Of a DNA stretch of 64,000 bases, positions 45,038 through 54,285 are shown one piece after another. The stretch covers positions 83,630-147,629 of the forward strand of contig JAHFLL010000001.1 of NCBI GenBank assembly GCA_023244895.1. Reading direction: 5' to 3'. The stretch's first letter is position 1, and each line of letters begins with the position of its first letter. The notes below the pieces were generated by a model, which saw only the letters and a list, made by a program, of their open reading frames with translations, did no database searches and was not told where the DNA came from. Position numbers and translations under genes: made by a program. This DNA comes from Candidatus Liptonbacteria bacterium. GTDB lineage: Bacteria; Patescibacteriota; Minisyncoccia; UBA6257; 2-01-FULL-56-20.

Positions 45038-45069
45038 TGAGTAGATAGCAGCAAGTATTAATCAACAAC
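45035..45069 (+). repeat. weak heptad stop array (TAGTGAG TAGATAG ...)
   Basis: TAG at 45035 and 45042, plus extra stops; ends in the TAATCAACAACATG start context. Confidence 0.35.
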
Positions 45070-45426
45070 ATGAGACACGGCAAAGAAACCAGTAAGAAAT
45101 TTCATAGGAAGACCGGACCGCGCAGAGCTTTTATGCGCGGACTTGTCGTGGCACTCTTAAGGGTGGGTAGAATGGAGACTACTGAGATTAGAGCCAAGGC
45201 TATTCGACCCCAGGCGGAAAGAATGATAACCATCGCCAAGAAACAGACCCTCTCGGCGCGTCGGCAGCTTCTGGCGGACCTACAGAACAAAAAGCTGGTG
45301 GGTAAGCTGATTGAAGAAATTGCTCCCAAATACGCGGAGCGCAAGGGCGGTTATCTGCGCATTGTTAAATCCGGTAAGGTTAGAAAAAGGGACGGCACCC
45401 GCTTAGCGATTATAGAACTTGTATAA
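45070..45426 (+). CDS. rplQ: 50S ribosomal protein L17
   Basis: MRHGKETSKKFHRKTGPRRA. Confidence 0.9.
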   Translation: MRHGKETSKKFHRKTGPRRAFMRGLVVALLRVGRMETTEIRAKAIRPQAERMITIAKKQTLSARRQLLADLQNKKLVGKLIEEIAPKYAERKGGYLRIVKSGKVRKRDGTRLAIIELV

Positions 45427-45775
45427 AAACATGAGAGAACATCACATTAACGCGAAGGGAAAAGTTCTGGGCCGTTTGGCTACCGAGATAGCGCTTATTT
45501 TACAAGGCAAGAACAGTCCGGACTACAAGCCGAACGCGGTTTCGGACGATAAGGTTTATCTTAAAAATTACGCGGACGTTATTGTGACCGGACGCAAGGC
45601 GGATCAGAAGATTTATTATCGGCATACCGGCTACGTGGGTGGAATCAAGGAGGCAACCTACCGCGAGATGAAAGAAAAGGACCCCAGAAAGACAATCCAA
45701 CGAGCGGTGCGCAAAATGTTGCCTCGCAACTTCCTAACCAGCCGTCGCATGAATAACCTGATTTTCGTTGATTAA
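45419..45775 (+). CDS. rplM: 50S ribosomal protein L13
   Basis: L13 family; 8-nt overlap with rplQ. Confidence 0.9.
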   Translation: MYKNMREHHINAKGKVLGRLATEIALILQGKNSPDYKPNAVSDDKVYLKNYADVIVTGRKADQKIYYRHTGYVGGIKEATYREMKEKDPRKTIQRAVRKMLPRNFLTSRRMNNLIFVD

Positions 45776-46196
45776 AAATATGGAGAAAACAGCAGCTAAA
45801 ACTCATTCCGGAAAATACTTTGAAGGCGTAGGCCGTCGCAAGACCGCGATCGCGCGAGTCAAGGTTCAAAAGGGCAAGGGCGGACTTACGGTAAACGGCA
45901 AGCCGGTTGCGGAATTTTTCACCGTCCCGCGTTTGCTTAAAACGGCTCTCGCCCCAATTGAATCTTTGAAGTTGGATGAAAGTATCAGCGCCAGCGCCAA
46001 AGTGAGCGGTGGGGGCATAATGGCTCAAGCAGAGGCTGTGCGCCACGGATTGGCTTTAGGGTTGTCTATGATGGACGAAGAGCTGAGGCCGCGTCTCAGA
46101 GCCTTTGGATACATGACTCGTGATTCTAGGATGGTAGAGCGCAAGAAGTACGGCTTGAAGAAAGCCCGCCGCGCTCCACAGTGGGCAAAACGTTAA
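45768..46196 (+). CDS. rpsI: 30S ribosomal protein S9
   Basis: C-terminal KKYGLKKARRAPQWAKR. Confidence 0.9.
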   Translation: MIKNMEKTAAKTHSGKYFEGVGRRKTAIARVKVQKGKGGLTVNGKPVAEFFTVPRLLKTALAPIESLKLDESISASAKVSGGGIMAQAEAVRHGLALGLSMMDEELRPRLRAFGYMTRDSRMVERKKYGLKKARRAPQWAKR

Positions 46197-46200
46197 AACT

Positions 46201-46227
46201 AAAAACCCCGCTTCTGGCGGGGTTTTT
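46201..46227 (+). terminator. intrinsic terminator AAAAACCCCGC ttct GGCGGGGTTTTT
   Basis: classic hairpin plus T-run after rpsI. Confidence 0.8.
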
Positions 46228-46234
46228 AGTTAGT

Positions 46235-46400
46235 TTAGACATTGAGGAGGGGAAAGGGGTCGGGGAGGGGCGGGAAATGAGCCTCTCCCTGGGGCGGAAG
46301 CACTGGAACCGAGGGGTTCCAGGGAGCGAGCTGGCGAGCGACTCCTCAATGGGCAAAGCGTTAGAAAACAAAAAGACCCCCGAGCGGGGGTCTTTTTGTT
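46235..46400 (+). other. GC-rich structured element, possibly an sRNA or leader, or a 44-aa ORF with SD
   Basis: 10-bp long-range inverted repeat CATTGAGGAG / CTCCTCAATG about 90 nt apart, inner 8-bp repeat CTGGAACC gagg GGTTCCAG, ends in GACCCCCGAGCGGGGGTC plus TTTTTGTTG. Confidence 0.35.
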
Positions 46401-46436
46401 GTGCTGCCTAGAGTCTTCCGGGAAACTGAGTAGGAG

Positions 46437-47750
46437 TTATTTTTCTCCTAAATCCAGGCGATACACTTTACCGTCTTCGTTGTAGTAGAGGAATCCCGTC
46501 TCGCTCTCAAATGAGGCTCTGCCTGTGGTGGTAAGCGTCTCTAGATTTTGGAGGGCCTTATCTTCCAAATCCAAAAGGACAGTCTTATCCGGATAGGCGA
46601 GGATAAGATGCCAAAGGTCTCCGTGCCACCAGGCTTCTTTGATACCGGTGGGGTTCGGCAGATTAAACCTCCAATACTCATCTTTCTCGCGGAAAGTGAA
46701 TATTTCTAAGCTTTTATTCTCAAATACTGCCACCCGGGTTCCATTCGGAGAGAAGCGAAAATAGCGTCCATCGCTTGCTATATGAGTTAGCTTGTCTTCG
46801 CCTGGGGAGTAGGTAAAAAACTCGCCCCGTCCATCCAAAACGCCCAGTAAGCCATCCGTGCCCCAATTTATTTGCTTTATTTTCCCTTCAATCTTTTCTC
46901 CCAGCACCCGCTTATTGTTAAGAAGCTTGTCGTAGATAATAAGCTGGGAATAATCTTTGGTTTTATCGTAAATGCTCCAGGCCAGCCAGTAGCGCGAAGA
47001 AACGACATTGTTAATTTCTATATTTTTGGTGGTGGTTGCTATATTTTGGATGCTTTGAGAGGGCACATCAAGGAGAGCCAGGGAATTTTCTTTCGTCACC
47101 ACCACCTGCCCGCTTTCGCTGTCCAGGGAGACGGTTTTAGGTTTGGTCAGATTAGCCTTAAGTAAGAGCGGCTGGAGGGCGGTGCTGGTTCCGGTTCTGG
47201 TATCAAACCAGAAGTAGTTTGTATCTTTGGCGAAAATGATTATTCTACCATCTTCGCTCCAGCCCAAAATACTTTTTCCGGGCAGAGTGGTGCTCGCGAA
47301 CTGAAGCCCGAGCTTAGCGTCTCGCACCGCCAAATCTTTACCTATCGGCCAAAATTCCGCTGCGTTTTCGGAATAAACCTCTTGGGCTGTTTCTGGAATT
47401 AGCAGGGCATATTTGATCTCGGTTACGAGTGATGGCTTAACCACAATATCCCTTCGCCAAGCACGATATAGTGGCGCGGAAAGGGAAAGGTGATAGGGTT
47501 GCGGATAAAGACCACTCACGAAAGTTCCCTCGCTAAATAGTCCGGACTTGTTTTTTATCTTTTTACCATTTAGTTCAATATTCACGTCTGTGGGATAGCT
47601 GCGCACATAAAGACCGCCCACCTTAGCGGGGGACGGCACGCCCTCCCAGCTCAGGCGGTAGCCCATGGCATACAGCGTGGCTAAACTGCCTATTAGGAGG
47701 AAGGCCAAGGCGAGGGCGTAAAATATAGCTCTGCGGGCGAAAGTGGACAT
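46437..47750 (-). CDS. hypothetical N-terminally anchored protein with a PEGA-like segment and beta-propeller-like (TolB/WD40-like) C-terminal region
   Basis: TM helix; Gly/Asp-rich repeats typical of propeller blades; tentative. Confidence 0.45.
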   Translation of the reverse strand: MSTFARRAIFYALALAFLLIGSLATLYAMGYRLSWEGVPSPAKVGGLYVRSYPTDVNIELNGKKIKNKSGLFSEGTFVSGLYPQPYHLSLSAPLYRAWRRDIVVKPSLVTEIKYALLIPETAQEVYSENAAEFWPIGKDLAVRDAKLGLQFASTTLPGKSILGWSEDGRIIIFAKDTNYFWFDTRTGTSTALQPLLLKANLTKPKTVSLDSESGQVVVTKENSLALLDVPSQSIQNIATTTKNIEINNVVSSRYWLAWSIYDKTKDYSQLIIYDKLLNNKRVLGEKIEGKIKQINWGTDGLLGVLDGRGEFFTYSPGEDKLTHIASDGRYFRFSPNGTRVAVFENKSLEIFTFREKDEYWRFNLPNPTGIKEAWWHGDLWHLILAYPDKTVLLDLEDKALQNLETLTTTGRASFESETGFLYYNEDGKVYRLDLGEK

Positions 47751-48145
47751 ATTTGACTCGTTTAATATTATGCTATACTAAATACGGTTCCGCCACAATT
47801 TCCAGATCAAATAATATTTTTCAGGGAGAGCTATTATTGTCCCTGCCCTTGGGCTACGGGATTGCGCTCACCCACTTGGCTTTTGGCTGAGGAAATATTG
47901 GTGGAACTAACAAAGGCCGTTTTCGCAAGAAGGCGGTTTTTGATTTGGGTAATCTATGGCAATAGAATATATCTACTTAATTAAATGGGGTGGAATTTTA
48001 CACTTTGGCCTGCACCATTATCCCATCTTAAACCTGTGGAAATCTTCATGCCGAGAGGGTATGTCGCAGAAGCGAAGGCGACGAGACCTAGGTGATTTTA
48101 TAGCAATAAAACACACCGACCCTTTCGGTATGAAGATTGGAACTA

Positions 48146-48216
48146 GTCGGGCTGCCGGGAATCGAACCCGGGCCTTACGCACCCCATGCGCAAATACTAC
48201 CATTATACGACAGCCC
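48146..48216 (-). tRNA. tRNA-Pro (anticodon GGG)
   Basis: reverse complement CGGGCTGTCGTATAATGGTAGTATTTGCGCATGGGGTGCGTAAGGCCCGGGTTCGATTCCCGGCAGCCCG(A); C1-G72 and A73 are typical of bacterial tRNA-Pro; G37; CCA not encoded; coordinates +/-2. Confidence 0.7.
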
Positions 48217-48301
48217 GTCTTCGCTAAAGCTACGACGGGCCCGGGCCCGCTTTCGCTTAAGACGCATATTAGAATAAGGCTAAAAGGGTGTTTTGTAAAC
48301 C

Positions 48302-48327
48302 AAAACCCCCGCCTAGGCGGGGGTTTT
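48302..48327. terminator. bidirectional terminator AAAACCCCCGCC tag GCGGGGGTTTT
   Basis: perfect hairpin between rpmB (-) and the tRNA-Pro region. Confidence 0.7.
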
Positions 48328-48338
48328 GGTGAAGTTGC

Positions 48339-48575
48339 TTATTTGCTTTTCTTAACTGGTTTTCCGGCTTTCGGCTTAGAAACTCTAGGCTTGCGGGCGG
48401 GCTTGCTAATGGTTTTTATGCATTGCACGCAGACCAGCTTACGGGAGCCGTTTATATCGGTATATTGCAGATTAGGATACTTGCGGGAGGTGCCGGTAGG
48501 ATTATAGTGACCCCTAAGGAGCCTGCGGGAACCACGTATTACCGATCCTTTGCCACACTTGAAGCACTGGCGCAT
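48339..48575 (-). CDS. rpmB: 50S ribosomal protein L28
   Basis: MRQCFKCGKGSV...PNLQ...CVQC zinc-ribbon L28 pattern. Confidence 0.8.
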   Translation of the reverse strand: MRQCFKCGKGSVIRGSRRLLRGHYNPTGTSRKYPNLQYTDINGSRKLVCVQCIKTISKPARKPRVSKPKAGKPVKKSK

Positions 48576-48673
48576 AATTTTATTTATAATAGTTAGTCTT
48601 TCGGAACGGGTGATACTTTATCATAAAATTCTAAACCCCGCAATGGCGGGGCTTAGGATGAGGGCAGGTCAAT

Positions 48674-49189
48674 TTACTCAAATTTTATCTTCAGTTTCCG
48701 GGACTTTTGGCGGACAAGCTTGGGTAAACGTATGGTTAGCACCCCATTCTTAAAGGAAACAGAAGCGCTTTCCGGATCTATCTCTTGGGGCAAAATAATT
48801 GAGCGGGAAAAGCGCCCCCAGTAGCACTCCTGGTAGAAATAGTCTTCGTCTCTGATACGATGCTCTTTGTGTCGGGAGCCTCGGATGGTAACCGAGTCGG
48901 AAGTGACATCTATGTCTATGTCTTCCGGTTTCACGCCGGCTATGGCGGATTCCACCACCAGATCTTCTGGAGTCTGGTACACGTCTATGGTGAGCTGCCC
49001 TTCCGGCTCACTGGCCACAGGTTCTTCAACTTCCGTCTTCTTTGCGGCTCTCTCGCGAGTTATAGTTGGAGAGCTGGCCTTGGCGAGCTCTACTTCCGGA
49101 GCGTTGTCTTCCGGTGCTTCTTCTATCTCCACTTCCACCTTGCGTCCGCGCGCCAGATTTTCAAAAAATTTTTCTTCGTTTGGGTCCAT
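48674..49189 (-). CDS. Hsp20 / alpha-crystallin family small heat shock protein
   Basis: alpha-crystallin domain (KEHRIRDEDYFYQECYWGRFSRSIILP...GVLTIRLPK). Confidence 0.85.
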   Translation of the reverse strand: MDPNEEKFFENLARGRKVEVEIEEAPEDNAPEVELAKASSPTITRERAAKKTEVEEPVASEPEGQLTIDVYQTPEDLVVESAIAGVKPEDIDIDVTSDSVTIRGSRHKEHRIRDEDYFYQECYWGRFSRSIILPQEIDPESASVSFKNGVLTIRLPKLVRQKSRKLKIKFE

Positions 49190-49209
49190 GTTTTTCTATT
49201 TAAATTTAT

Positions 49210-49914
49210 TTAGATGGCCTTTTGCTTAAGTCTTTCAAAATCATTCAAAGTTAAAAATCCAGCCAGAATTACGAAAGCTAAAGAGTAAAATACGTTCTCG
49301 TGCCTGATTATAAGATAGTTGAACCCGGCATGCAATAAGGTGGCGGCGAGTATCCCGAAGAGTAGGGGGGTAAGCATCTTAAAGCGGCGGATACTCATGG
49401 CCCAATAATAGCCCAAAAGACCGGAGCTCAAGGTGTGGAGCAGGGTGGCTCCAATAAAGCGCAAGGCCAGGGTTTCTATCAGTATCTGAAGCGCAGGCGA
49501 ACTGCCTTGGCCCGGGAAGGCTACCCCGAAGTTTTCCACGGTGGCGAAACCCAGAGCGGCTATAACCAGGTAGACCATGGCGTCAATCGGTTGGTTGAAT
49601 TCTTTACTCCGACGCAGAACCAAATATGCCGCTCCAAATTTACATAATTCTTCTATAGCCGAGAAAAGCGTAAGCGACAAAATGAAACTAAAAGACAAGC
49701 TATCGCTCCCGCCTAGCCGGATAGGGCTACCGGTTATGCCGGACTGATTAAGATAGTATTGCGCGAAGAGAGCTACGAAAGCAGAGGCGGCTCCGGCGAT
49801 GAAAGTTAGCGCCACCAAGGTTTTTGGTTCCTGGTGAGAGTCCTCGGAGAGGTAAAAAATAAGCCAGATAAATCCGGGTAAGAGCGCTAAAACCAGGGGA
49901 ATAACCAGGGTCAT
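49210..49914 (-). CDS. PrsW-family / CPBP-like intramembrane protease
   Basis: EELCKF and FATVENF motifs plus a conserved His in polytopic TM helices. Confidence 0.5.
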   Translation of the reverse strand: MTLVIPLVLALLPGFIWLIFYLSEDSHQEPKTLVALTFIAGAASAFVALFAQYYLNQSGITGSPIRLGGSDSLSFSFILSLTLFSAIEELCKFGAAYLVLRRSKEFNQPIDAMVYLVIAALGFATVENFGVAFPGQGSSPALQILIETLALRFIGATLLHTLSSGLLGYYWAMSIRRFKMLTPLLFGILAATLLHAGFNYLIIRHENVFYSLAFVILAGFLTLNDFERLKQKAI

Positions 49915-49961
49915 TTACTATATTTTAGCACAAAATAGCGGGTATAACCTGAGGACGGGGA

Positions 49962-52547
49962 CTACCACTTTTTTATCATCAGCATTTCCGAATATTTAGC
50001 TGATCCCGGTAACTGTTGGTAGATGTGTTCGGTAACGAAAGGCATAAAGGGATGGAGCATCATTAAACTTTCCTCCAAAATTCCCAAGAGCATCAGATAG
50101 GCTGACTCCTGCTCTGTCCGCTTCTCGCTCATGAGTTTCGGTTTGGCGGATTCAATAATCTTGTCCGCGAAAGTGTGCCAGATGTAGTGATAGGCCTCTT
50201 CCGCTCCCAAGTGGAACTGGAAATTATCTATTTTTTTGCCGATACTCAACCGAACTTTGTGCGCCTGCTCAACTGCTTTCTTGTCGTGCGCGTTCATTTT
50301 GGGCGCAGTTACTCCGGCACCCTCAATTTTCTCTTTCTGCATCATCACGAAGCGGGCGATATTCCAAAGCTTAGTCGCAAAATTGCGATAGCCCCGGATT
50401 TTGTCTTCCGAGATGACAATGTCGTTGCCGGCGGTGTTGCCGACCGTAATTGCCATGCGCACTGCATCCGTGCCGTATTCTTCCGCCACGCCCAGCGGGT
50501 CCACCACGTTGCCTTTGGATTTAGACATCTTCTGCCTGTCCTTGTCGCGCACCATGCCGTGCAGATAAACGTTTTTAAAGGGAACCTTGCCGGTCCGGTA
50601 GAGTCCCAGCATTATCATGCGCGTAACCCAGAAGAAGAGAATATCGTAGCCCGTCTCCATTACGTCCGTGGGGTAGAAATTCTCAAAATCCTTACTGGTC
50701 CCCAGTTCTTGTTTGTTGTTTCGGGTTCCATGTTTTATGTTCTTGCCTTGCGCCAGCAAGGTGAGGTATGGCCACTGGCCGGAAGAAAACCAGGTATCAA
50801 ATACGTCTGGATCCTGAACCAGATTATTACCGTTGCAGTTAGGGCATTTGGCCACAGCCTTATTCCCGACATAAATATAGTTGCAGCCTCCAGAAGGATT
50901 CTCTTTAGAGAAGGGGATAAACTGAAAATCATATATCAATGTTTCCGTGTCTCCGGTTATGACTCGGTCGGGCGGGTAGTGGCGTCGGAAGGCTGTGAGC
51001 AGCTCGTCTAGTGTCTTATATCCTCCGCCGTGAATCGGGTCGGGTAAGACTATATCTTTTATCTTTTTCTTCGCTACCGCCGTTATTTTTGCGTGGCCAA
51101 AAAAAGTCTTGGCCTGGCTATCCTCGCAAGCGATAACATCTCCGACTTTAAGGTGGTGGTCGTTTAAGCGGTAGGTCCGGGCCTTGCCCTTCAGAACCTG
51201 GGGAACGATTTTGTAGTAGAAACCCATCCGTTTAACCTCGTTCTTGGGATTGCAGAACCAGGCCGGGATGCGGATGCCCCAGATTATCTGGCGGGAGATG
51301 TTCCAATCGTGGATATTGCGCAGCCAGTGTAAACAGACCTTCTTAGAATTGTCGGGGTAGAACTTTATCTTTTTGGCTTCTACTGCTTTGATGGCCTCCT
51401 TCGCCAATGGCTCCATCTTTACGAACCATTGCGGCTTAGGCATCGGCTCCAGGGTGGAATTACATCTATAGCAGGTCGCGACTTGGTGCTTATATTCCGC
51501 ATCCACCTTCTCTAGAATTCCGATTTCCTGCATCTTTTCCGCCACCTTGATGCGCGCCTCCGCCACCTTCAGTCCTTTGAACTCGCCGACCTCGCCAGTG
51601 AGCCGGCCGCTCTCATCGATGATTATTTTAGGTCCGGGAATTTCTTTTTCGTGCCGCTTCCAGATCTCAAAGTCGGTCGTGTCGTGCGCAGGCGTAACTT
51701 TAACCACGCCCGTGCCGAACTTGGGATCGATTGCGGCGTCGCCCACAACTCTGAATTTAAGTTTGCCCAAAATGCCCTCCGCTTCTATTTCCTGTCCGAT
51801 ATATTTTTTATAGCGCTTGTCTTTGGGGTTGACCGCGAGTGCGGTGTCGCCGAATTTAGTCTCCGGGCGCACAGTCGCGAGCGTTAAAGGTCCGTACTTG
51901 ATGTAATAAAGCGGGTCAACGCGCTCAATATATTTTACTTCCAGGTCGGATAGCGCGGTGCGATGTTTCGGGCACCAATTTACCACCCGGTAGTCGCGAT
52001 AGACGAGACCGTCCTTATACATTTTCTCAAATGTGCTATAGACGCCCTCTATTATCCTCGGGTCAAGTGTGAAAATCTCCCGTGACCAATCGCAAGAAGC
52101 GCCCAGCTTACGGAGCTGCCCCTCCATTACTTTTTTGTTCGTTTGAGTAAAGTCCCAGATTTCTTGCCAAAGAGCTTCGCGTTCCATCGCAAAGCGATTG
52201 CGCCCCTCCTTGTCCAATTTTTTATCAAACACAGTCTGAGTTTCAAATCCGGCGTGATCCGCTCCCGGCAGCCAGAGCGCCTGCTTGCCCTTCATCCGCC
52301 AATACCTGGTCATAATGTCTTGCAGCGTCGCGAAAACGGCGTGGCCCATATGGAGCGAGCCGTTCGCATTCGGGGGCGGCATTACAATCGAAAAAGGCTT
52401 AGCCTTTGCCTTGGAGCGGGGGAGTTTATCCGGGTTAAAATAGCCGGATTCTTCCCATTTCCGGTAAATATCCTCCTCTATTTCCTTGTGCTCATAACGA
52501 GGTCCCAGTTCAGGCATATTCGTGTTTATGGGCTTGATTATAGGCAA
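49962..52547 (-). CDS. valS: valyl-tRNA synthetase
   Basis: HMGHA (HIGH) and KMSKSKGN (KMSKS) motifs. Confidence 0.92.
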   Translation of the reverse strand: MPIIKPINTNMPELGPRYEHKEIEEDIYRKWEESGYFNPDKLPRSKAKAKPFSIVMPPPNANGSLHMGHAVFATLQDIMTRYWRMKGKQALWLPGADHAGFETQTVFDKKLDKEGRNRFAMEREALWQEIWDFTQTNKKVMEGQLRKLGASCDWSREIFTLDPRIIEGVYSTFEKMYKDGLVYRDYRVVNWCPKHRTALSDLEVKYIERVDPLYYIKYGPLTLATVRPETKFGDTALAVNPKDKRYKKYIGQEIEAEGILGKLKFRVVGDAAIDPKFGTGVVKVTPAHDTTDFEIWKRHEKEIPGPKIIIDESGRLTGEVGEFKGLKVAEARIKVAEKMQEIGILEKVDAEYKHQVATCYRCNSTLEPMPKPQWFVKMEPLAKEAIKAVEAKKIKFYPDNSKKVCLHWLRNIHDWNISRQIIWGIRIPAWFCNPKNEVKRMGFYYKIVPQVLKGKARTYRLNDHHLKVGDVIACEDSQAKTFFGHAKITAVAKKKIKDIVLPDPIHGGGYKTLDELLTAFRRHYPPDRVITGDTETLIYDFQFIPFSKENPSGGCNYIYVGNKAVAKCPNCNGNNLVQDPDVFDTWFSSGQWPYLTLLAQGKNIKHGTRNNKQELGTSKDFENFYPTDVMETGYDILFFWVTRMIMLGLYRTGKVPFKNVYLHGMVRDKDRQKMSKSKGNVVDPLGVAEEYGTDAVRMAITVGNTAGNDIVISEDKIRGYRNFATKLWNIARFVMMQKEKIEGAGVTAPKMNAHDKKAVEQAHKVRLSIGKKIDNFQFHLGAEEAYHYIWHTFADKIIESAKPKLMSEKRTEQESAYLMLLGILEESLMMLHPFMPFVTEHIYQQLPGSAKYSEMLMIKKW

Positions 52548-52564
52548 TTCCGGGCATTTTTGCT

Positions 52565-52600
52565 AGGAAAACAGTGGATTCTTAAAGCGTTCCGCCCGAG
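52565..52600 (-). terminator. hairpin CCGCCCG(15-nt loop)CGGGCGG downstream of the 143-aa gene (minus strand)
   Basis: perfect 7-bp GC stem; T-tail weak. Confidence 0.35.
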
Positions 52601-52622
52601 CTTACATTAAGCGCGGGCGGGG

Positions 52623-53052
52623 CTACTTGAATACGATGGTCTGCGCCGAAGGCGGCTCGGGGAACGATTCTCGAACAATCCGGCATTGGTCTGCGCAGTA
52701 GTCACAGGCCGTGACGTGCGCGTGAATCAGGCCTCTTTGGATCCTGCCGTTTTGTTTTGTTTCCAACTGACCCAGGGCGTAAGCCGCCAGAACCTCTACG
52801 GGCGGGCAATCTCGGCTCATGCGCTCTATGGTTTTCTTGTCTTCGTCGGTCATGTCGAACAAATAGGCGCCCCCATATTTGCTGAGATAGCGTCCCTTGC
52901 TGACGAAAACAAGGAAACTCGAGGGAGCGTGGAATAGGTAGTAGAGCAGGACGATCCATCCGCTCCCGGAGTATCCGGAGCGGTGCAGGTCGGCCAAGCT
53001 TTGCGCCAAAGTAAGTGCTACCCAGAATATCGCTCTCCTGACTTTCGGCATG
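52623..53052 (-). CDS. high-GC 143-aa protein: two hydrophobic helices plus zf-HC2-like (anti-sigma-type) HxxxCxxC tail
   Basis: AGGAGG SD 6 nt upstream of ATG 53052; motif HAHVTACDYCADQC. Confidence 0.45.
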
Positions 53053-53127
53053 GCCAACCTCCTTTCGGTGTAGATAAGGGGCCAGTGTTTCTGCTTAGAT
53101 TATGGGTAATTTATAGAATCAGTCAAA

Positions 53128-54201
53128 CTAGATATTAAGCATCCCGTCCGCCTTCATTTTATATTTTTTCTTGCGCAGAATATTCAGATAACCCGCGGCC
53201 GCAATCATGACCGCGTTGTCGGTATTGTATTTGTGCTCCGCCACGAAAAATTCCAGACCATTTTCGTTTGCCCTTTGGGATAATCTCTCCCGCAACATCT
53301 TATTGGCCGCCACTCCGCCGGAAAGAAGAATGGACTGGGCGTTAAAATCGCTGGCGGCGCGCATCGTCTTTTTAGTAAGCACGTCTATTGCGGCACCGGA
53401 GAACGAACCGGCCACCTCTTGTTTAGAATACTTCTTATGATCCCGAACGTAATAAAGCACGGAAGTTTTAAGCCCGGAGAAGCTGAAATCATAATCCTTT
53501 GTGCCTATCATCGGGCGCGGGAAGTTTATTTTATCCTTCCAGCTCTTAGGGAGTTTTTCCACCAGCTTTTGTATCTCCGGTCCGCCGGGATAGGGGAGTT
53601 TTAATACGCGTGCCACCTTGTCAAATGCCTCGCCCACCGCATCATCCCTGGTTTCGCCTAAGCGTTTCCAGGATTTAAGATTTTTTAGGAGGAGCAGGAC
53701 GGTATGTCCGCCGCTCACGATCAGCGCAACCGCGGGGAATATTTTTGATATCTGATTTTTGACATTTGAATTTACAGTTTTATTCGGGAGAAGAAAACTG
53801 TAGAGATGTCCCTCCAGATGATTTGCACCGATGACGGGCTTTTTATATTTCTTACCTAATTCTTCCGCGAAGGTGATGCCCGCCCAGAGTGCCGGTTCTA
53901 GGCCCGGGCCGACTGTCACGGCTATAGCATCTATAGAATCTAGAAGCTGGAAGTTAGAAGATAGTAGTTTCTTAAGTAGGATGGGAAGGTTTTTGATATG
54001 TTCTCTTTTGGCTAAATTTGGGACCACGCCTCCAAAAGGACGGTGAATAGCTATCTGAGACGAGACCACTTCGCGTAATACCTCAAACTTAGGCCCGGTT
54101 TTAAGGTTGCCAGAAGCTTGTACTAGCGCCAGAGCCGTTTCGTCGCAGGATGTTTCTATTCCTAAGATAAGCATAACGCTATGAAATTTAACCGAATCCA
54201 A
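53128..54201 (-). CDS. tsaD: tRNA N6-adenosine threonylcarbamoyltransferase TsaD
   Basis: ILGIETSCDETALAL and a Kae1/TsaD HxxxH metal site. Confidence 0.9.
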   Translation of the reverse strand: MDSVKFHSVMLILGIETSCDETALALVQASGNLKTGPKFEVLREVVSSQIAIHRPFGGVVPNLAKREHIKNLPILLKKLLSSNFQLLDSIDAIAVTVGPGLEPALWAGITFAEELGKKYKKPVIGANHLEGHLYSFLLPNKTVNSNVKNQISKIFPAVALIVSGGHTVLLLLKNLKSWKRLGETRDDAVGEAFDKVARVLKLPYPGGPEIQKLVEKLPKSWKDKINFPRPMIGTKDYDFSFSGLKTSVLYYVRDHKKYSKQEVAGSFSGAAIDVLTKKTMRAASDFNAQSILLSGGVAANKMLRERLSQRANENGLEFFVAEHKYNTDNAVMIAAAGYLNILRKKKYKMKADGMLNI

Positions 54202-54216
54202 CTATTAAATCAATAA

Positions 54217-54245
54217 TTGCAAAGTTAAAAATCTTTTGATATTAT
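54217..54245 (+). promoter_or_regulatory. sigma70 promoter TTGCAA-17-TATTAT
   Basis: canonical spacing; AT-rich context upstream of the high-GC 271-aa ORF. Confidence 0.5.
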
Positions 54246-54285
54246 ATAGCCCGCACAACATAAACCAATCACCACTCACAATAAT

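Noticed and set aside
47956-48507. 183-aa plus-strand and 61-aa minus-strand ORFs
   Set aside because: They overlap tRNA-Pro(GGG) and a bidirectional terminator, and have no coding features.
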